A stretch of 64,000 bases of DNA from Spirochaetota bacterium (lineage in GTDB: Bacteria; Spirochaetota; UBA6919; CBDBPB01), in assembly GCA_965208615.1 (NCBI GenBank), contig CBDBPB010000004.1:288001-352000 (forward strand), written 5' to 3'. The notes under the pieces were generated by a model, which saw only the letters and a list, made by a program, of their open reading frames with translations, did no database searches and was not told where the DNA came from. Below are positions 20,883-31,467 of the stretch, piece by piece. Within the stretch, counting starts at the first letter, position 1. The number at the start of each line of letters is the position of its first letter. A program made the position numbers and the translations under genes.

Positions 20883-21884
20883 ATGAATATTGCCGTAGAC
20901 GTTATGAGTGGAGAAAATCATCCTAGCATACTTATAAAAGGCGCTATAGATGCTATTATTAACTCTAACGTCAGCCTAGTTTTTGTTGGAGATGAAAAGG
21001 TGATATCCAAAGAATTGGATAAATATAGTACTAATATAACCAATAGGATATCAATAGAACACGCTCCAGAAGTTATAGGGATGAATGAGTCGCCGGCTAA
21101 AGCATGCAGAAAAAAGAAAAAGTCTAGTATTATGGTTGCTACTCAACTGATTGCAGATAAAAAAGCCGATGGTATGTTCTCCCCTGGAAATACTGGTGCC
21201 ACTATGACAGCCTCATTATTTAATATTAAAAGAATAAAGGGGGTAGTAAGACCTGCCATAGCTGTTATTCTCCCAACACTAAAAGGGAGTACTCTCCTAT
21301 TGGATGGTGGAGCCAGCGTTGATTGTAGTCCACAAAGCTTGGTGCAGTTTGCTGTCATGGGAGAAATATTTATGAAATATATTGTGGATATTAAGTATCC
21401 TACTATTTCCCTTTTGAGCATCGGAGAAGAAGATCATAAAGGTAATGATGCCTCCCAAAAAGCCTTTAAAATAATGAAGTCTGTAAACTTTAACTTTGTT
21501 GGCAATATTGAAGGACACAACGTTTTTGAAGGTGATGTGGATGTTATTGTATGCGACGGCTTTATAGGTAATATCGTTATAAAACTATCTGAGGGACTCG
21601 GGTCTGTATTAATGCGTTTAATAAAAAATGAAATTATGGAAAGTTTTAGCTATAGGTTAGGTGCCTTTATGGCTAAGGGTGCCTTTAGAAATGTTAAAAA
21701 CAGGCTCCACCCTGCTACTTACGGCGGAGCCCCACTATTGGGGGTAAACGGATGTGTAATTATTGGTCACGGTTCAACGGGAGAGCTTGCAACTAAAAAT
21801 GGAGTATTAACAACAATAAAATTAGCTAAAACAAAAATAAACAATTTGATTGCCGATAGAATAAAGAGCTATATAGAAATTTAG
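20883..21884 (+). CDS. plsX: Phosphate acyltransferase PlsX
   Basis: IAVDVMSGE, GNTGA, RPAIA, CDGFIGN, GGAPLLG, GHGS. Confidence 0.95.
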   Translation: MNIAVDVMSGENHPSILIKGAIDAIINSNVSLVFVGDEKVISKELDKYSTNITNRISIEHAPEVIGMNESPAKACRKKKKSSIMVATQLIADKKADGMFSPGNTGATMTASLFNIKRIKGVVRPAIAVILPTLKGSTLLLDGGASVDCSPQSLVQFAVMGEIFMKYIVDIKYPTISLLSIGEEDHKGNDASQKAFKIMKSVNFNFVGNIEGHNVFEGDVDVIVCDGFIGNIVIKLSEGLGSVLMRLIKNEIMESFSYRLGAFMAKGAFRNVKNRLHPATYGGAPLLGVNGCVIIGHGSTGELATKNGVLTTIKLAKTKINNLIADRIKSYIEI

Positions 21885-21927
21885 TTTTCTAACCGGTATA
21901 TTTAAAGTTAATAAATAGGGAGAAACT

Positions 21928-22857
21928 TTGAAAAAAATAGGATTTATCTTCCCAGGACAAGGATCTCAGCATGTTGGTATGGGTAAAGATTTTTATGATA
22001 ATTTTCCAGAAACAAAAAAAATATTTGATTCTGCTAATGAAATTTTAAATATAAATTTAAAAGATATTATGTTTAATGGTCCAAAAAATGTTTTACAGAA
22101 AACTGAAAATGCTCAACCAGCACTATTGACCATGAGTACTGCAGTTTTACAGATTTTAAAAAAAAAGAATATTAGTCCTGTTGCCTGCGCTGGACATTCT
22201 CTTGGTGAGTTTTCTGCTTATGTTGCCTCAGGGGTGCTTAGTTTTGCCGACGGACTAAAAACTGTACGTAAACGCGGTGAACTTATGAGTAATGCCGATG
22301 TGGATAAAAAAGGTACTATGGGAGCCATTATTGGCTTAGAGGATAGTGAAGTAGAGGAAATTTGTAAATTAGCATCTAATGGTGGTGTATTAATACCTGC
22401 TAATTATAATTGCCCTGGTCAATTAGTTATATCTGGGGATAGGGGTAGTGTAGAAAAGGCTATTGCTATTGCTAAAGATCGTAATGCCAAAATGGCGATA
22501 GTATTAGATGTTAGTGGTGCATTTCATTCTCCTTTGATTGAGTCAGCGGCTAAGAAGTTTAGTCACTTTTTAGATAGCATTGAGCTAAGTAAACCAAAAA
22601 TATTAGTTATCTCTAATGTTACCGGAGATGTTATTGATTTCGCTAATATGAGGTCTTTGCTGTATAAACAAATGTTATCCCCTGTGTTGTGGAGAAAGTC
22701 TATAGAAAAAATGATTAAAATGGGTATAAATACATTTATTGAGGTTGGAGCCGGTAAAGTTTTACAGGGGCTTGTAAAGAAAATTGATAGACGTTTAACT
22801 ACCTTTGGTATAGACAGTATAAAATCTCTAGATAGACTTTTATCAATGACTAAATAG
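21928..22857 (+). CDS. fabD: Malonyl-CoA:ACP transacylase
   Basis: FPGQGSQ, GHSLGE, SGAFHS. Confidence 0.96.
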   Translation: MKKIGFIFPGQGSQHVGMGKDFYDNFPETKKIFDSANEILNINLKDIMFNGPKNVLQKTENAQPALLTMSTAVLQILKKKNISPVACAGHSLGEFSAYVASGVLSFADGLKTVRKRGELMSNADVDKKGTMGAIIGLEDSEVEEICKLASNGGVLIPANYNCPGQLVISGDRGSVEKAIAIAKDRNAKMAIVLDVSGAFHSPLIESAAKKFSHFLDSIELSKPKILVISNVTGDVIDFANMRSLLYKQMLSPVLWRKSIEKMIKMGINTFIEVGAGKVLQGLVKKIDRRLTTFGIDSIKSLDRLLSMTK

Positions 22858-22900
22858 ATAAAGTTACAGTCTAATATAAAATTTATTTTAAGAGGAAATT

Positions 22901-23644
22901 ATGATATCATTAAAAGATAAGATTGCCGTTATAACTGGTGCCAGTCGTGGAATTGGTCAGGCTATAGCTATAAAACTTGCCAGCCTTGGTGCCGATTTAG
23001 TAGTTTGTGATATAGTAGAGGCTCAGGAAACTGTTAAAAAAATTGAAGAGTTAGGGCAAAGAGCTATCTCCGTAAAAGCTGATGTATCAAGCGAGGCTGA
23101 AGTAAAAGCTCTTATAGACAGATCAGTTGAAGAATTTGGAAAAATAGATATTATGGTAAATAATGCTGGAATAACTAAAGACGGCTTAGCGATGAGAATG
23201 CCAGAAGAAGACTGGGATAAAGTAATCAATATAAATTTAAAGGGTGTATTTATATGTACTAAGGCAGTTTTAAAGCCAATGATAAAACAAAAATCGGGTC
23301 ATATTATTAATATCGCCTCAATAATAGGTCTAGTTGGAAATGTTGGACAAACAAACTATTCTGCTAGTAAGGCTGGTGTTATTGCTATTACAAAGTCTGT
23401 GGCACAAGAGGTGGGGGCTAGGAATATAAATATAAATGCTGTAGCACCTGGTTTTATTGAAACTGCTATGACTAAAAAGCTACCAGATAAGGTTAGAACT
23501 AGTCTTTTGGATAGAATACCATTAAGGCGACTTGGTTCACCTGATGATGTTGCTAATCTTGTTGCATTTCTTGCATCTGATAAGGCTAATTATATAACTG
23601 GGCAGGTTTTTGTTTTAGACGGCGGAATGACTATGACTGGTTAG
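22901..23644 (+). CDS. fabG: 3-oxoacyl-ACP reductase
   Basis: TGASRGIG, NNAGIT, YSASK. Confidence 0.95.
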   Translation: MISLKDKIAVITGASRGIGQAIAIKLASLGADLVVCDIVEAQETVKKIEELGQRAISVKADVSSEAEVKALIDRSVEEFGKIDIMVNNAGITKDGLAMRMPEEDWDKVININLKGVFICTKAVLKPMIKQKSGHIINIASIIGLVGNVGQTNYSASKAGVIAITKSVAQEVGARNININAVAPGFIETAMTKKLPDKVRTSLLDRIPLRRLGSPDDVANLVAFLASDKANYITGQVFVLDGGMTMTG

Positions 23645-23653
23645 GGAATATTT

Positions 23654-24907
23654 ATGGAGTCAAAAAAAGTAGTTATAACTGGACTTGGGATTATATCTCC
23701 CAATGGCAATTCTATAAATGAGTTTTGGGATAACTGTATCAATGGTAAGTCAGGGATTGATAAGATTAAGCGTTTTGATGCTAGTAAGTTCCCAACGCAG
23801 TTTGGTGGAGAAATTAAACTATTTAATCCTCTGGATTATATGGATAAAAAAACTGTACGCCAAATGGATCCTTTTGTTCATTATTGTATTGCGGCAGGCC
23901 GACAGGCGTTGGATGATAGTAATCTAACTCAGACTAATATTGATAAGTTGGATAGAAATAGAATTGGTATATTGGTTGGATCAGGGATTGGGGGAATATA
24001 TACTTATACCGATAATGATATTAAGTTTGATGTTGGCGGCTGGAAAAAGGTATCTCCTTTTTTTATCCCCGGTATTATTACAAACATGGCTAGTGGGATG
24101 GGGGCTATTCTTTGGGGGCTTAGCGGACCTAATTATTCTATATCAACTGCTTGTGCTACTTCTAATCATGCAATATTAGAATCTATGCATATAATAAAAC
24201 GTGGTGAGGCAGATATTATGTTAGCTGGAGGTAGTGAGGGTGCATTAACTCCGCTAGGTTTAGCTGGTTTTTGTGCGGCTAGAGCCTTATCAACAAGAAA
24301 TGATGATCCTAAAACTGCCTCTCGTCCTTTTGATAAAGAAAGAGATGGTTTTGTGCTAAGTGAGGGATCTGGGGTAATCGTATTGGAGAGTGAGGAAAGT
24401 GCTATAAAACGGGGAGTTAAGATATACGCTGAAATGGCTGGGGGTGGTATGAGTTGTGACGCTTTTCATATTACACAACCATGTAGTGATGGTGCCGGGG
24501 TAATTAACTGCATGAACATAGCTTTAAATAACTCTAAGGTTAAACTGGATGAGGTTAATTATATTAACACACATGGTACTAGTACTCCTCTTGGAGATAA
24601 GGCTGAACAATATGCCATTAAGCGGGTATTTGGTAAGCATGTTAAGAATATCAAGGTTAACTCTACAAAATCGCTAATAGGACATTTACTTGGTGCCGCC
24701 GGGGGAGCTGAAGCTATTGCTGTTGTTAAAAGCTTTGAAACTAATTCTCTTCATCCTACTATAAATTATAATACTCCTGATCCTGATTGTGATATTGATT
24801 GTATACCAAATAAGGCTATTGACTATTCTATTAATGCGGCCATGTCTAATTCATTTGGATTTGGTGGTCATAATTGTTCTATTGTGTTTAGGAAGTACTT
24901 TCAATAA
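23654..24907 (+). CDS. fabF: Beta-ketoacyl-ACP synthase II
   Basis: TACAT, HGTST, GHLLGAAG, SNSFGFGGHN. Confidence 0.96.
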   Translation: MESKKVVITGLGIISPNGNSINEFWDNCINGKSGIDKIKRFDASKFPTQFGGEIKLFNPLDYMDKKTVRQMDPFVHYCIAAGRQALDDSNLTQTNIDKLDRNRIGILVGSGIGGIYTYTDNDIKFDVGGWKKVSPFFIPGIITNMASGMGAILWGLSGPNYSISTACATSNHAILESMHIIKRGEADIMLAGGSEGALTPLGLAGFCAARALSTRNDDPKTASRPFDKERDGFVLSEGSGVIVLESEESAIKRGVKIYAEMAGGGMSCDAFHITQPCSDGAGVINCMNIALNNSKVKLDEVNYINTHGTSTPLGDKAEQYAIKRVFGKHVKNIKVNSTKSLIGHLLGAAGGAEAIAVVKSFETNSLHPTINYNTPDPDCDIDCIPNKAIDYSINAAMSNSFGFGGHNCSIVFRKYFQ

Positions 24908-24910
24908 ATT

Positions 24911-25618
24911 ATGGACCAAAGAAGATTAGCTCATTTATTAAAGCTTGAAGAGAAGCTTGGGATTAAGTTTCAAGACATGCGGCATTTTCATAATGCTTTA
25001 ATTCACAGTTCTTATGTTAATGAGAACAGAAGTGAGCCTGAAGATAATGAAAAGTTAGAGTTATTAGGGGATTCTGTTTTAGCTCTTATAGTTAATGAGT
25101 ATTTATATAAAGAGTTAAACTATTGTTCTGAGGGAGAATTATCCACTATTAAGTCTATTGTTGTTAGCGAACACTCCTTAGCCGTAATTGCTAGAAAGCT
25201 TAGTATTGGACATGGTTTACTCTTGGGTAAGGGTGAAATAATTTCTAATGGGATGAATCGTCAGGCTATACTAGCTGATACTCTTGAGGCTATTTTAGGA
25301 GCTTATTATTTGGATAGGGGTCTAAGTGCCGTTAGACAGTTTATAGAGCCATTTATTGAAGAAGAAGTTGATAAGGTTAAAAAGGACAAGCATCAAAAAG
25401 ATTATAAGACATCTCTTCAATTATATACTCAACAGCTTTATAAGGTATGCCCAATTTATAAGACTATTAAAGAAGAGGGGCCTGATCATCAAAAGATATT
25501 TTATGTTAATGTATTAATTAATGACAAGGTAATTGGTTCTGGTTTTGGCCCTAGTAAGAAGCTTGCTCAACAGGATGCCGCACATATAGCGTTAAAGAAC
25601 ATGGATAACTTAAGTTAA
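24911..25618 (+). CDS. rnc: Ribonuclease III
   Basis: NEKLELLGDSVL, ADTLEA, dsRBD DYKTSLQ..GPDH. Confidence 0.95.
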   Translation: MDQRRLAHLLKLEEKLGIKFQDMRHFHNALIHSSYVNENRSEPEDNEKLELLGDSVLALIVNEYLYKELNYCSEGELSTIKSIVVSEHSLAVIARKLSIGHGLLLGKGEIISNGMNRQAILADTLEAILGAYYLDRGLSAVRQFIEPFIEEEVDKVKKDKHQKDYKTSLQLYTQQLYKVCPIYKTIKEEGPDHQKIFYVNVLINDKVIGSGFGPSKKLAQQDAAHIALKNMDNLS

Positions 25619-25802
25619 TTAATTACCTACTAGTTATTATAGTTTTTAGATAGATATTATTTATACTCTATGGAGTTTTAGAAGTATATGTTAACCTAAA
25701 ATACTTTTGATCCAAGCAACTATAACGATTAATAGCAGAACTCTTAATAAGATTACATATACCAAAACCCTTTTCTAAACACCTATCCTAAAATATTATA
25801 CT

Positions 25803-26675
25803 CTAACGCAATAACCTAAGAACTAACTGAGATTTACTATTTGCCTGTGCTAACATCGCTGTACCACTTTGATAAATTATTTGATTCTTAACAAAATCTA
25901 CTACCTCTTCCGCCATGTCAGTATCCCTAATACGAGATTCTGAAGCTTGTAAGTTTTCATATCCCACTAACAACCCTTTAGCCGTAAACTCTAAACGATT
26001 TTGATAAGCACCAAGATCTGCCCTTTGCTTGGATACCCTCTTTAATGCCGCATCTATTACACCAATATTTTGATTTGCCTTTTCAATATTAGATACACTA
26101 ATAAAAGTCGCAAATTGAGGTAGTCCACTGGTATTCTTAAGCCCAAGAGCCTGAGTATTCATTGTCCCCACATAAACCCTCTCCCTTTGATCCATATTAG
26201 CACCTATATGAAACCACATACTCGCATTGGGTAAGTGGAGTGCTGTACCCCGAGAAAAACGTCCTGTTAACATGTTTAACTCATTAAATTGGGCATGACT
26301 AGCTATTCTATCAATTTCGTCTATCAATTGGGATACTTCTACTTGTATTTGCATCCTGTCTTCCGATGTATATATGCCATTAGCTCCCTGAACAGATAAT
26401 TCTCTTAGCCTTTGTAAGACCGATTGGATGTTTTGCAAATATCCTTCAGTTGTCTGGATAAAAGATATATCATCCTCAGCATTACGCTCAGCTTGTCTTA
26501 GCCCTCTAATTTGTGCTCTCATTTTCTCTGATATAGCTAAACCTGCCGCATCATCCCCAGCTCGGTTTATCCTCATACCTGATGATAGCTTTTCAAGATT
26601 TTTATCAAGTTCCCAGTTCTTAAACTTAGTAACTCTATGAGCATTGATAGCACTTAGATTGTGGTTAATAATCAT
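25803..26675 (-). CDS. flaB: Flagellin (spirochaete FlaB type)
   Basis: [47 protein letters not shown]. Confidence 0.95.
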   Translation of the reverse strand: MIINHNLSAINAHRVTKFKNWELDKNLEKLSSGMRINRAGDDAAGLAISEKMRAQIRGLRQAERNAEDDISFIQTTEGYLQNIQSVLQRLRELSVQGANGIYTSEDRMQIQVEVSQLIDEIDRIASHAQFNELNMLTGRFSRGTALHLPNASMWFHIGANMDQRERVYVGTMNTQALGLKNTSGLPQFATFISVSNIEKANQNIGVIDAALKRVSKQRADLGAYQNRLEFTAKGLLVGYENLQASESRIRDTDMAEEVVDFVKNQIIYQSGTAMLAQANSKSQLVLRLLR

Positions 26676-26717
26676 ATAAGCACCTCTTTTTTTTTATAGT
26701 TTTATAACCATAATAGT

Positions 26718-26744
26718 AGGTCGGTGAATCACTAATTGTCTTTA
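26718..26744 (-). promoter_or_regulatory. Putative sigma28 promoter of flaB
   Basis: Minus strand TAAA-N15-ACCGACCT versus consensus TAAA-N15-GCCGATAA, about 40 nt upstream of the flagellin ATG. Confidence 0.55.
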
Positions 26745-27123
26745 GTAAAAATTGATAAAACCAGATGATTAACATATAAGTAGTTAGAAAGTTAAAGTTT
26801 TAATAGCTGGGGGGTAACAGCCTAATATACTGTAAAATATAATATCCTCGTTTGGATAAAAACTATATTCATTAATAAATATAGCATATATACTAGGCTA
26901 TATAACATCAGTAGTATTTTTGCTGTAAATCTTGTTGCTAACCCTCTAACAAATAGTTAAACTAAAATCCTTTTTTACTTTTAACAAAACAATAATAACA
27001 TAAAAGTTTTTTTTACTACTAAAAGCATAACAGTTTTGTTATATTAAATATATCTTTTAAAAGTTTAGCAATTTATCAAAACAAAGCAGGCTTTGTTTAA
27101 AATAATAAATTAATATATTTATC

Positions 27124-27738
27124 ATGAAATTAAAACTAATAATATTTCTCTCTTTCATAATTATTATCTCTCCTAAAATAGCGTATACTGAAAGTGATAC
27201 TCTAATGTTGGGCATAAAAACAACAATGCCTCTTTCTGTTAATCTGTCTACCACTAAAGACTTAAGTTATATGTGTGCTTTTAGTAATGATAAAGCTAAT
27301 GGCATTGGTGCAGGAGCAGGCTTTTTTTTAGAAGTAATCCCTATAAAATATTTGGCTATAGAAACTGGCGTTTTTTTTAGGTATTTCTCCCTTGGAAACA
27401 ATGATATATCATATTACGAAATGCAGATACCCATTATACCAAAGTTAAGAATTCCTGTTACATCAAATGTTAATGTTCTATTTGGTATAGGCGGCTCTTA
27501 TTTTGTTCAATTTCATGGCACTATACTATCCCCCAGCGGACAAGAAATTAATATACCTAAGTCAGATTTAACTATGAGTTTTAGCTTTATAACCAAACTC
27601 GAAATTCAGTTTAGACTAAATAGAAGTGGTAACATATTAATGAATGTAGAATTTGGTTATGAGTTTGCTAAACGTTCTCTAAAAATGACTGCTCATGATA
27701 TCTTTTTCGGCTTAAGCCTTGGATTCATTGTTATTTAA
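27124..27738 (+). CDS. Putative outer-membrane beta-barrel protein
   Basis: Signal peptide, amphipathic strands, YYEMQIPII motif, aromatic C-terminal strand. Confidence 0.65.
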   Translation: MKLKLIIFLSFIIIISPKIAYTESDTLMLGIKTTMPLSVNLSTTKDLSYMCAFSNDKANGIGAGAGFFLEVIPIKYLAIETGVFFRYFSLGNNDISYYEMQIPIIPKLRIPVTSNVNVLFGIGGSYFVQFHGTILSPSGQEINIPKSDLTMSFSFITKLEIQFRLNRSGNILMNVEFGYEFAKRSLKMTAHDIFFGLSLGFIVI

Positions 27739-28743
27739 CCTATTTTTAAGCCCTATAATCTTGGCAAATGATCTATCTATTAGATTTTGGGATAATTCAT
27801 TATTGTTTATGGCATCATTTATTATTTTTTTTACTTTTATATGTAAATTGTGATCCAGCCTTATAAACTTTTTATAGTTGGAAAATAGTAAAATATTATT
27901 TCCCGCTTTAATGGCTTGTATAACAGTAGTTTTAAGGTTAAAACTATTTTGTATTGCTCCCATATGAAGGTCATCGGTAATTATTATTTTGTTATAGTTT
28001 AGCTTATTTATTAATACATTTTTTAGGTGTTCCTCTGATAGACTGGCTGGATATTTATTATCTATATTGCTGTTAAATAGATGTCCACTCATTATCATGT
28101 CTATTTTGCTATATTTTATTAACTGTTTATAAGGATATAATTCACTTTCTTGCCATGTACTGCTTATATCACTAAGCTCTTTATGAGTGTCGGTTTTAGC
28201 ACTTCCATGTCCTGGATAGTGTTTAATACAGGGTATTATGTTATTGTCATAGTGAGCCTTTATAGACTGGATTGCATAATCTAGTACTATTTGTGAGTTG
28301 TTAGAAAAACTTCTATCTATCCTCCCTATGATAGGCGATTCTGGATTAACATTAACATCCACAACAGGGCTAAAGTTTATATTAAATCCCACATTCCTAA
28401 GGCTAAGGGACATCTTACTATAGATTTTATATGCTTCTAATAAAGTTTTTGTTTTAGCAACTTCTTTTTGCGAGGGATATTTATTTTTATTATTTAGTCT
28501 AGTTATTTGTCCACCTTCTTGGTCCACGGATACAAAAAGGGGATATTCACTAAATATAGATTTAAAATATTGTATTAGCCTAGTTATTTGTTCAAGGCTT
28601 ATAATGTTGTAACCCAAAACAATAATACCCCCTATCTCCCCTCTTTCCACTTGATTAGACAGGGTTATTATGTTCTGATCCTCTGGAGTGGTGCCGTGAA
28701 AGCCTATTATTAACATTTGGCCTATTTTTTTGTTTATAGACAT
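27712..28743 (-). CDS. nagZ: GH3 beta-N-acetylhexosaminidase
   Basis: DQEGG, SPVVD, KHYPGHG..DTH, TDDLHM. Confidence 0.88.
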   Translation of the reverse strand: MSINKKIGQMLIIGFHGTTPEDQNIITLSNQVERGEIGGIIVLGYNIISLEQITRLIQYFKSIFSEYPLFVSVDQEGGQITRLNNKNKYPSQKEVAKTKTLLEAYKIYSKMSLSLRNVGFNINFSPVVDVNVNPESPIIGRIDRSFSNNSQIVLDYAIQSIKAHYDNNIIPCIKHYPGHGSAKTDTHKELSDISSTWQESELYPYKQLIKYSKIDMIMSGHLFNSNIDNKYPASLSEEHLKNVLINKLNYNKIIITDDLHMGAIQNSFNLKTTVIQAIKAGNNILLFSNYKKFIRLDHNLHIKVKKIINDAINNNELSQNLIDRSFAKIIGLKNRLNNNESKA

Positions 28744-28783
28744 ATTTTACCTATATACGCTTATAACTTATTGCACTAAAGCG

Positions 28784-29881
28784 TTAAGCCTTAGTTATCT
28801 GCCTACCAATAGACAGTATAATGGCAATGGCTATGGATGAACTAATTAAAGAATTACCGCCATAGCTTAGGAATGGTAAAGGCAAACCTGCAATAGGTAA
28901 AACTCCTAATACAGATCCTAGGTTAATAAGTGTTTGATAGGCTAAAATAAAGGTTAATCCATAAACTAAATAGACAAGTTTAATGTCCTTAATCTTAGAC
29001 ACCAACTTATATATATTAAAAAATAAATAAAAATATAAAAATATGATAGCTAATCCGCCGATTAACCCTACATCAGCAACAATATTCGGAAAGTAAAAGT
29101 CTGTATGAGATTCTGGTATTCGTGCATTATAACTACCTATCCCTAATCCATTACCATATAATCCCCCTTGTTCAATGGCTCTACTAGATAGTCGTGCATG
29201 GTAGTGCATATAGCTAGGTTCATATATCCCCTTTATAAAACCAATAATTCTCGCTTTCATGTGGCTGAAAGATGTAATTAACAAAATAATAACAGGAATG
29301 CCTATAGCACTAATATATACAATATGTTTAAATGATGCTCCAGCAATAAAGATAAGCACTATACACGAAATTAAAATTATAACAGCTGTTGAGAAGTCTT
29401 GTTCAAAGAGTATTAAAATAAATACTAGTCCAACTACTATTAATATTGGTAATAAGCCTAGGTTAAAGTCTTTTATATAGTCTTTTTTCTTATAGAGTAA
29501 TTTACTTAAATAAATCATAATGGTAATTTTAGCTATTTCAGAAGGCTGATAATTAATAAATTTAAGACTTATCCACCTTCTTGCACCATTAATCTCCTTA
29601 CCTATACTGGGTATTAATACCAAAATAAGGGAGATAATAGTTATTAAGAAAAATATGTTTGCAAAACGAAAAAAGAATCCTATATTAACCCTTGATAAAA
29701 AAAGTATAAGGATTATTGAAAGCAGTGCATAAATAAGCTGTCTATTGAAAAAGTAGGAGTTATTAGTATAAAGTCTTTCTCCAATACGAGCACTAGCACC
29801 ATACATAAAAGCTAGACTAATTCCTATTAATATAAAAACTATAATTAATATTTTAGAGTTAATATTTTTAATGTCATCCAT
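28784..29881 (-). CDS. ftsW: SEDS peptidoglycan polymerase FtsW
   Basis: NGARRWI, QPSEIAK, PESHTDF, GLPLPFLSYGG; follows murD. Confidence 0.9.
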   Translation of the reverse strand: MDDIKNINSKILIIVFILIGISLAFMYGASARIGERLYTNNSYFFNRQLIYALLSIILILFLSRVNIGFFFRFANIFFLITIISLILVLIPSIGKEINGARRWISLKFINYQPSEIAKITIMIYLSKLLYKKKDYIKDFNLGLLPILIVVGLVFILILFEQDFSTAVIILISCIVLIFIAGASFKHIVYISAIGIPVIILLITSFSHMKARIIGFIKGIYEPSYMHYHARLSSRAIEQGGLYGNGLGIGSYNARIPESHTDFYFPNIVADVGLIGGLAIIFLYFYLFFNIYKLVSKIKDIKLVYLVYGLTFILAYQTLINLGSVLGVLPIAGLPLPFLSYGGNSLISSSIAIAIILSIGRQITKA

Positions 29882-29895
29882 AGGCCTAAAGTGTT

Positions 29896-31242
29896 TTATA
29901 AGTTATAAACCAGCTTTTTAAAGTGAGAGCCTCGCTCTTCATAATTTTTATACAAATCAAAACTAGCACAGCCAGGTGATAATAATATAACATCATTGTT
30001 TTTAGCATGATTAACTGCTGTATAAAAGGCTTGTTCCAAGTCTGATACTAATTTAGTATTATAAAAGTTAATTGCCTTATTAATTTTAGTTTTAGCCTCT
30101 CCCATTAGTATAAGCAATTTAACTCTATTATCCATAAAGGGTATTAATTTACTAAAGTCCAGACCCTTGTCCTGCCCGCCCATTATAAGTATTATTCCCT
30201 TATCATAACTCAATAAGGATTTTATAACCGAATTAACAGTAGTAGCCTTACTATCGTTTATAAAGCTTATTCCATTAACCTTTTTAACGAATTCGTTACG
30301 ATTCTCAAGACCTGAAAACTCCATTAATACCTTTTCTATAGACTTATTTGATATGCCTAATAATTTGGCTATACAAATTGAGGCTAGTATATTTTCTATA
30401 TTGTGTATCCCTTTTAGTTTGATTTTATCAATCGAAATTACTTTTTCTGTCATAAAATATATACAAGAGGATTTTATATATGCGGTTTGATTTTGATTAT
30501 CCTTCGAAAAGGTATATAGCTTGCTTTTTATATTAGAACTCAACTTTTTATAGTATGGATCATCATAGTTTAGTATTATAATATCTGACTCACTTTGGTT
30601 TTTGAGTATATTTTTTTTAGCATTAATATACTCATTAAAGTTATTATATCTATCGAGGTGGTCTTCGGATATATTTAATATAGCGGCTATATTACAATTA
30701 AGACGTTGAACATCCTCTAATTGATAGCTACTCAGCTCCAGAACAACAATAGTATTTTCATCTACATCATCCACAACGGAGATAAATGGAATACCTATAT
30801 TACCCCCAACTTTAACTTTCATTTCCTGCTCTATGATCCTGTGGACAATCGATGTAGTAGTAGTTTTACCGTCAGTACCAGTTATACCTATGATCAGCTT
30901 GGGATTACATAATAAATATGCCAATTCAATTTCACTGGTTATTGGTATATTACTCTCAACAGCCTTCTGGATTAGAGGTATTGACCTTGCTACACCCGGA
31001 CTTAATATAATTCTATCCACATTTGTCAGCTGATAGTCTCCCTGTTTTCCGCAATATATATGTTTAACAGGTTTAATTAGTTTAGATATTAGGTTATACA
31101 GCTCATCTTTAGTTTTAGAGTCACTTATTGATATATTATTTATATCTTTACTTAAAAGATAATTAGCAACTGATAAGCCTGTTTTTAAACCTAATCCTAC
31201 AATTAGTATATGTTCTTTTTTTAGTTGTTCAATGAACTCCAT
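29896..31242 (-). CDS. murD: UDP-MurNAc-L-Ala:D-Glu ligase
   Basis: GTDGKTTT, GGNIG, ELSSYQL, DHLDRY, NDSKAT, SPGCASFD. Confidence 0.95.
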   Translation of the reverse strand: MEFIEQLKKEHILIVGLGLKTGLSVANYLLSKDINNISISDSKTKDELYNLISKLIKPVKHIYCGKQGDYQLTNVDRIILSPGVARSIPLIQKAVESNIPITSEIELAYLLCNPKLIIGITGTDGKTTTTSIVHRIIEQEMKVKVGGNIGIPFISVVDDVDENTIVVLELSSYQLEDVQRLNCNIAAILNISEDHLDRYNNFNEYINAKKNILKNQSESDIIILNYDDPYYKKLSSNIKSKLYTFSKDNQNQTAYIKSSCIYFMTEKVISIDKIKLKGIHNIENILASICIAKLLGISNKSIEKVLMEFSGLENRNEFVKKVNGISFINDSKATTVNSVIKSLLSYDKGIILIMGGQDKGLDFSKLIPFMDNRVKLLILMGEAKTKINKAINFYNTKLVSDLEQAFYTAVNHAKNNDVILLSPGCASFDLYKNYEERGSHFKKLVYNL

Positions 31243-31467
31243 ATTGTTAAACAGGATTATTAGGTTTATAAAACAATTGATCTAGCATTATTCGGCAGAT
31301 AATCGTAAACCAATAAAATATTATTTATAAAACTATTTAACAAATAATACTTTATTGTTAAAACATAGCTATATAGCTTTAATGCATTTAGATAAGAAAT
31401 TGACAGTTTCTTGACAATGCAATATTTATATATTAAATTAAGGATTATTATAAAAGAGGGAAAGATA

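Noticed and set aside
31285-31315. sigma28 promoter upstream of murD (GCCGAATA on minus strand)
   Set aside because: No TAAA at the 15-nt spacing
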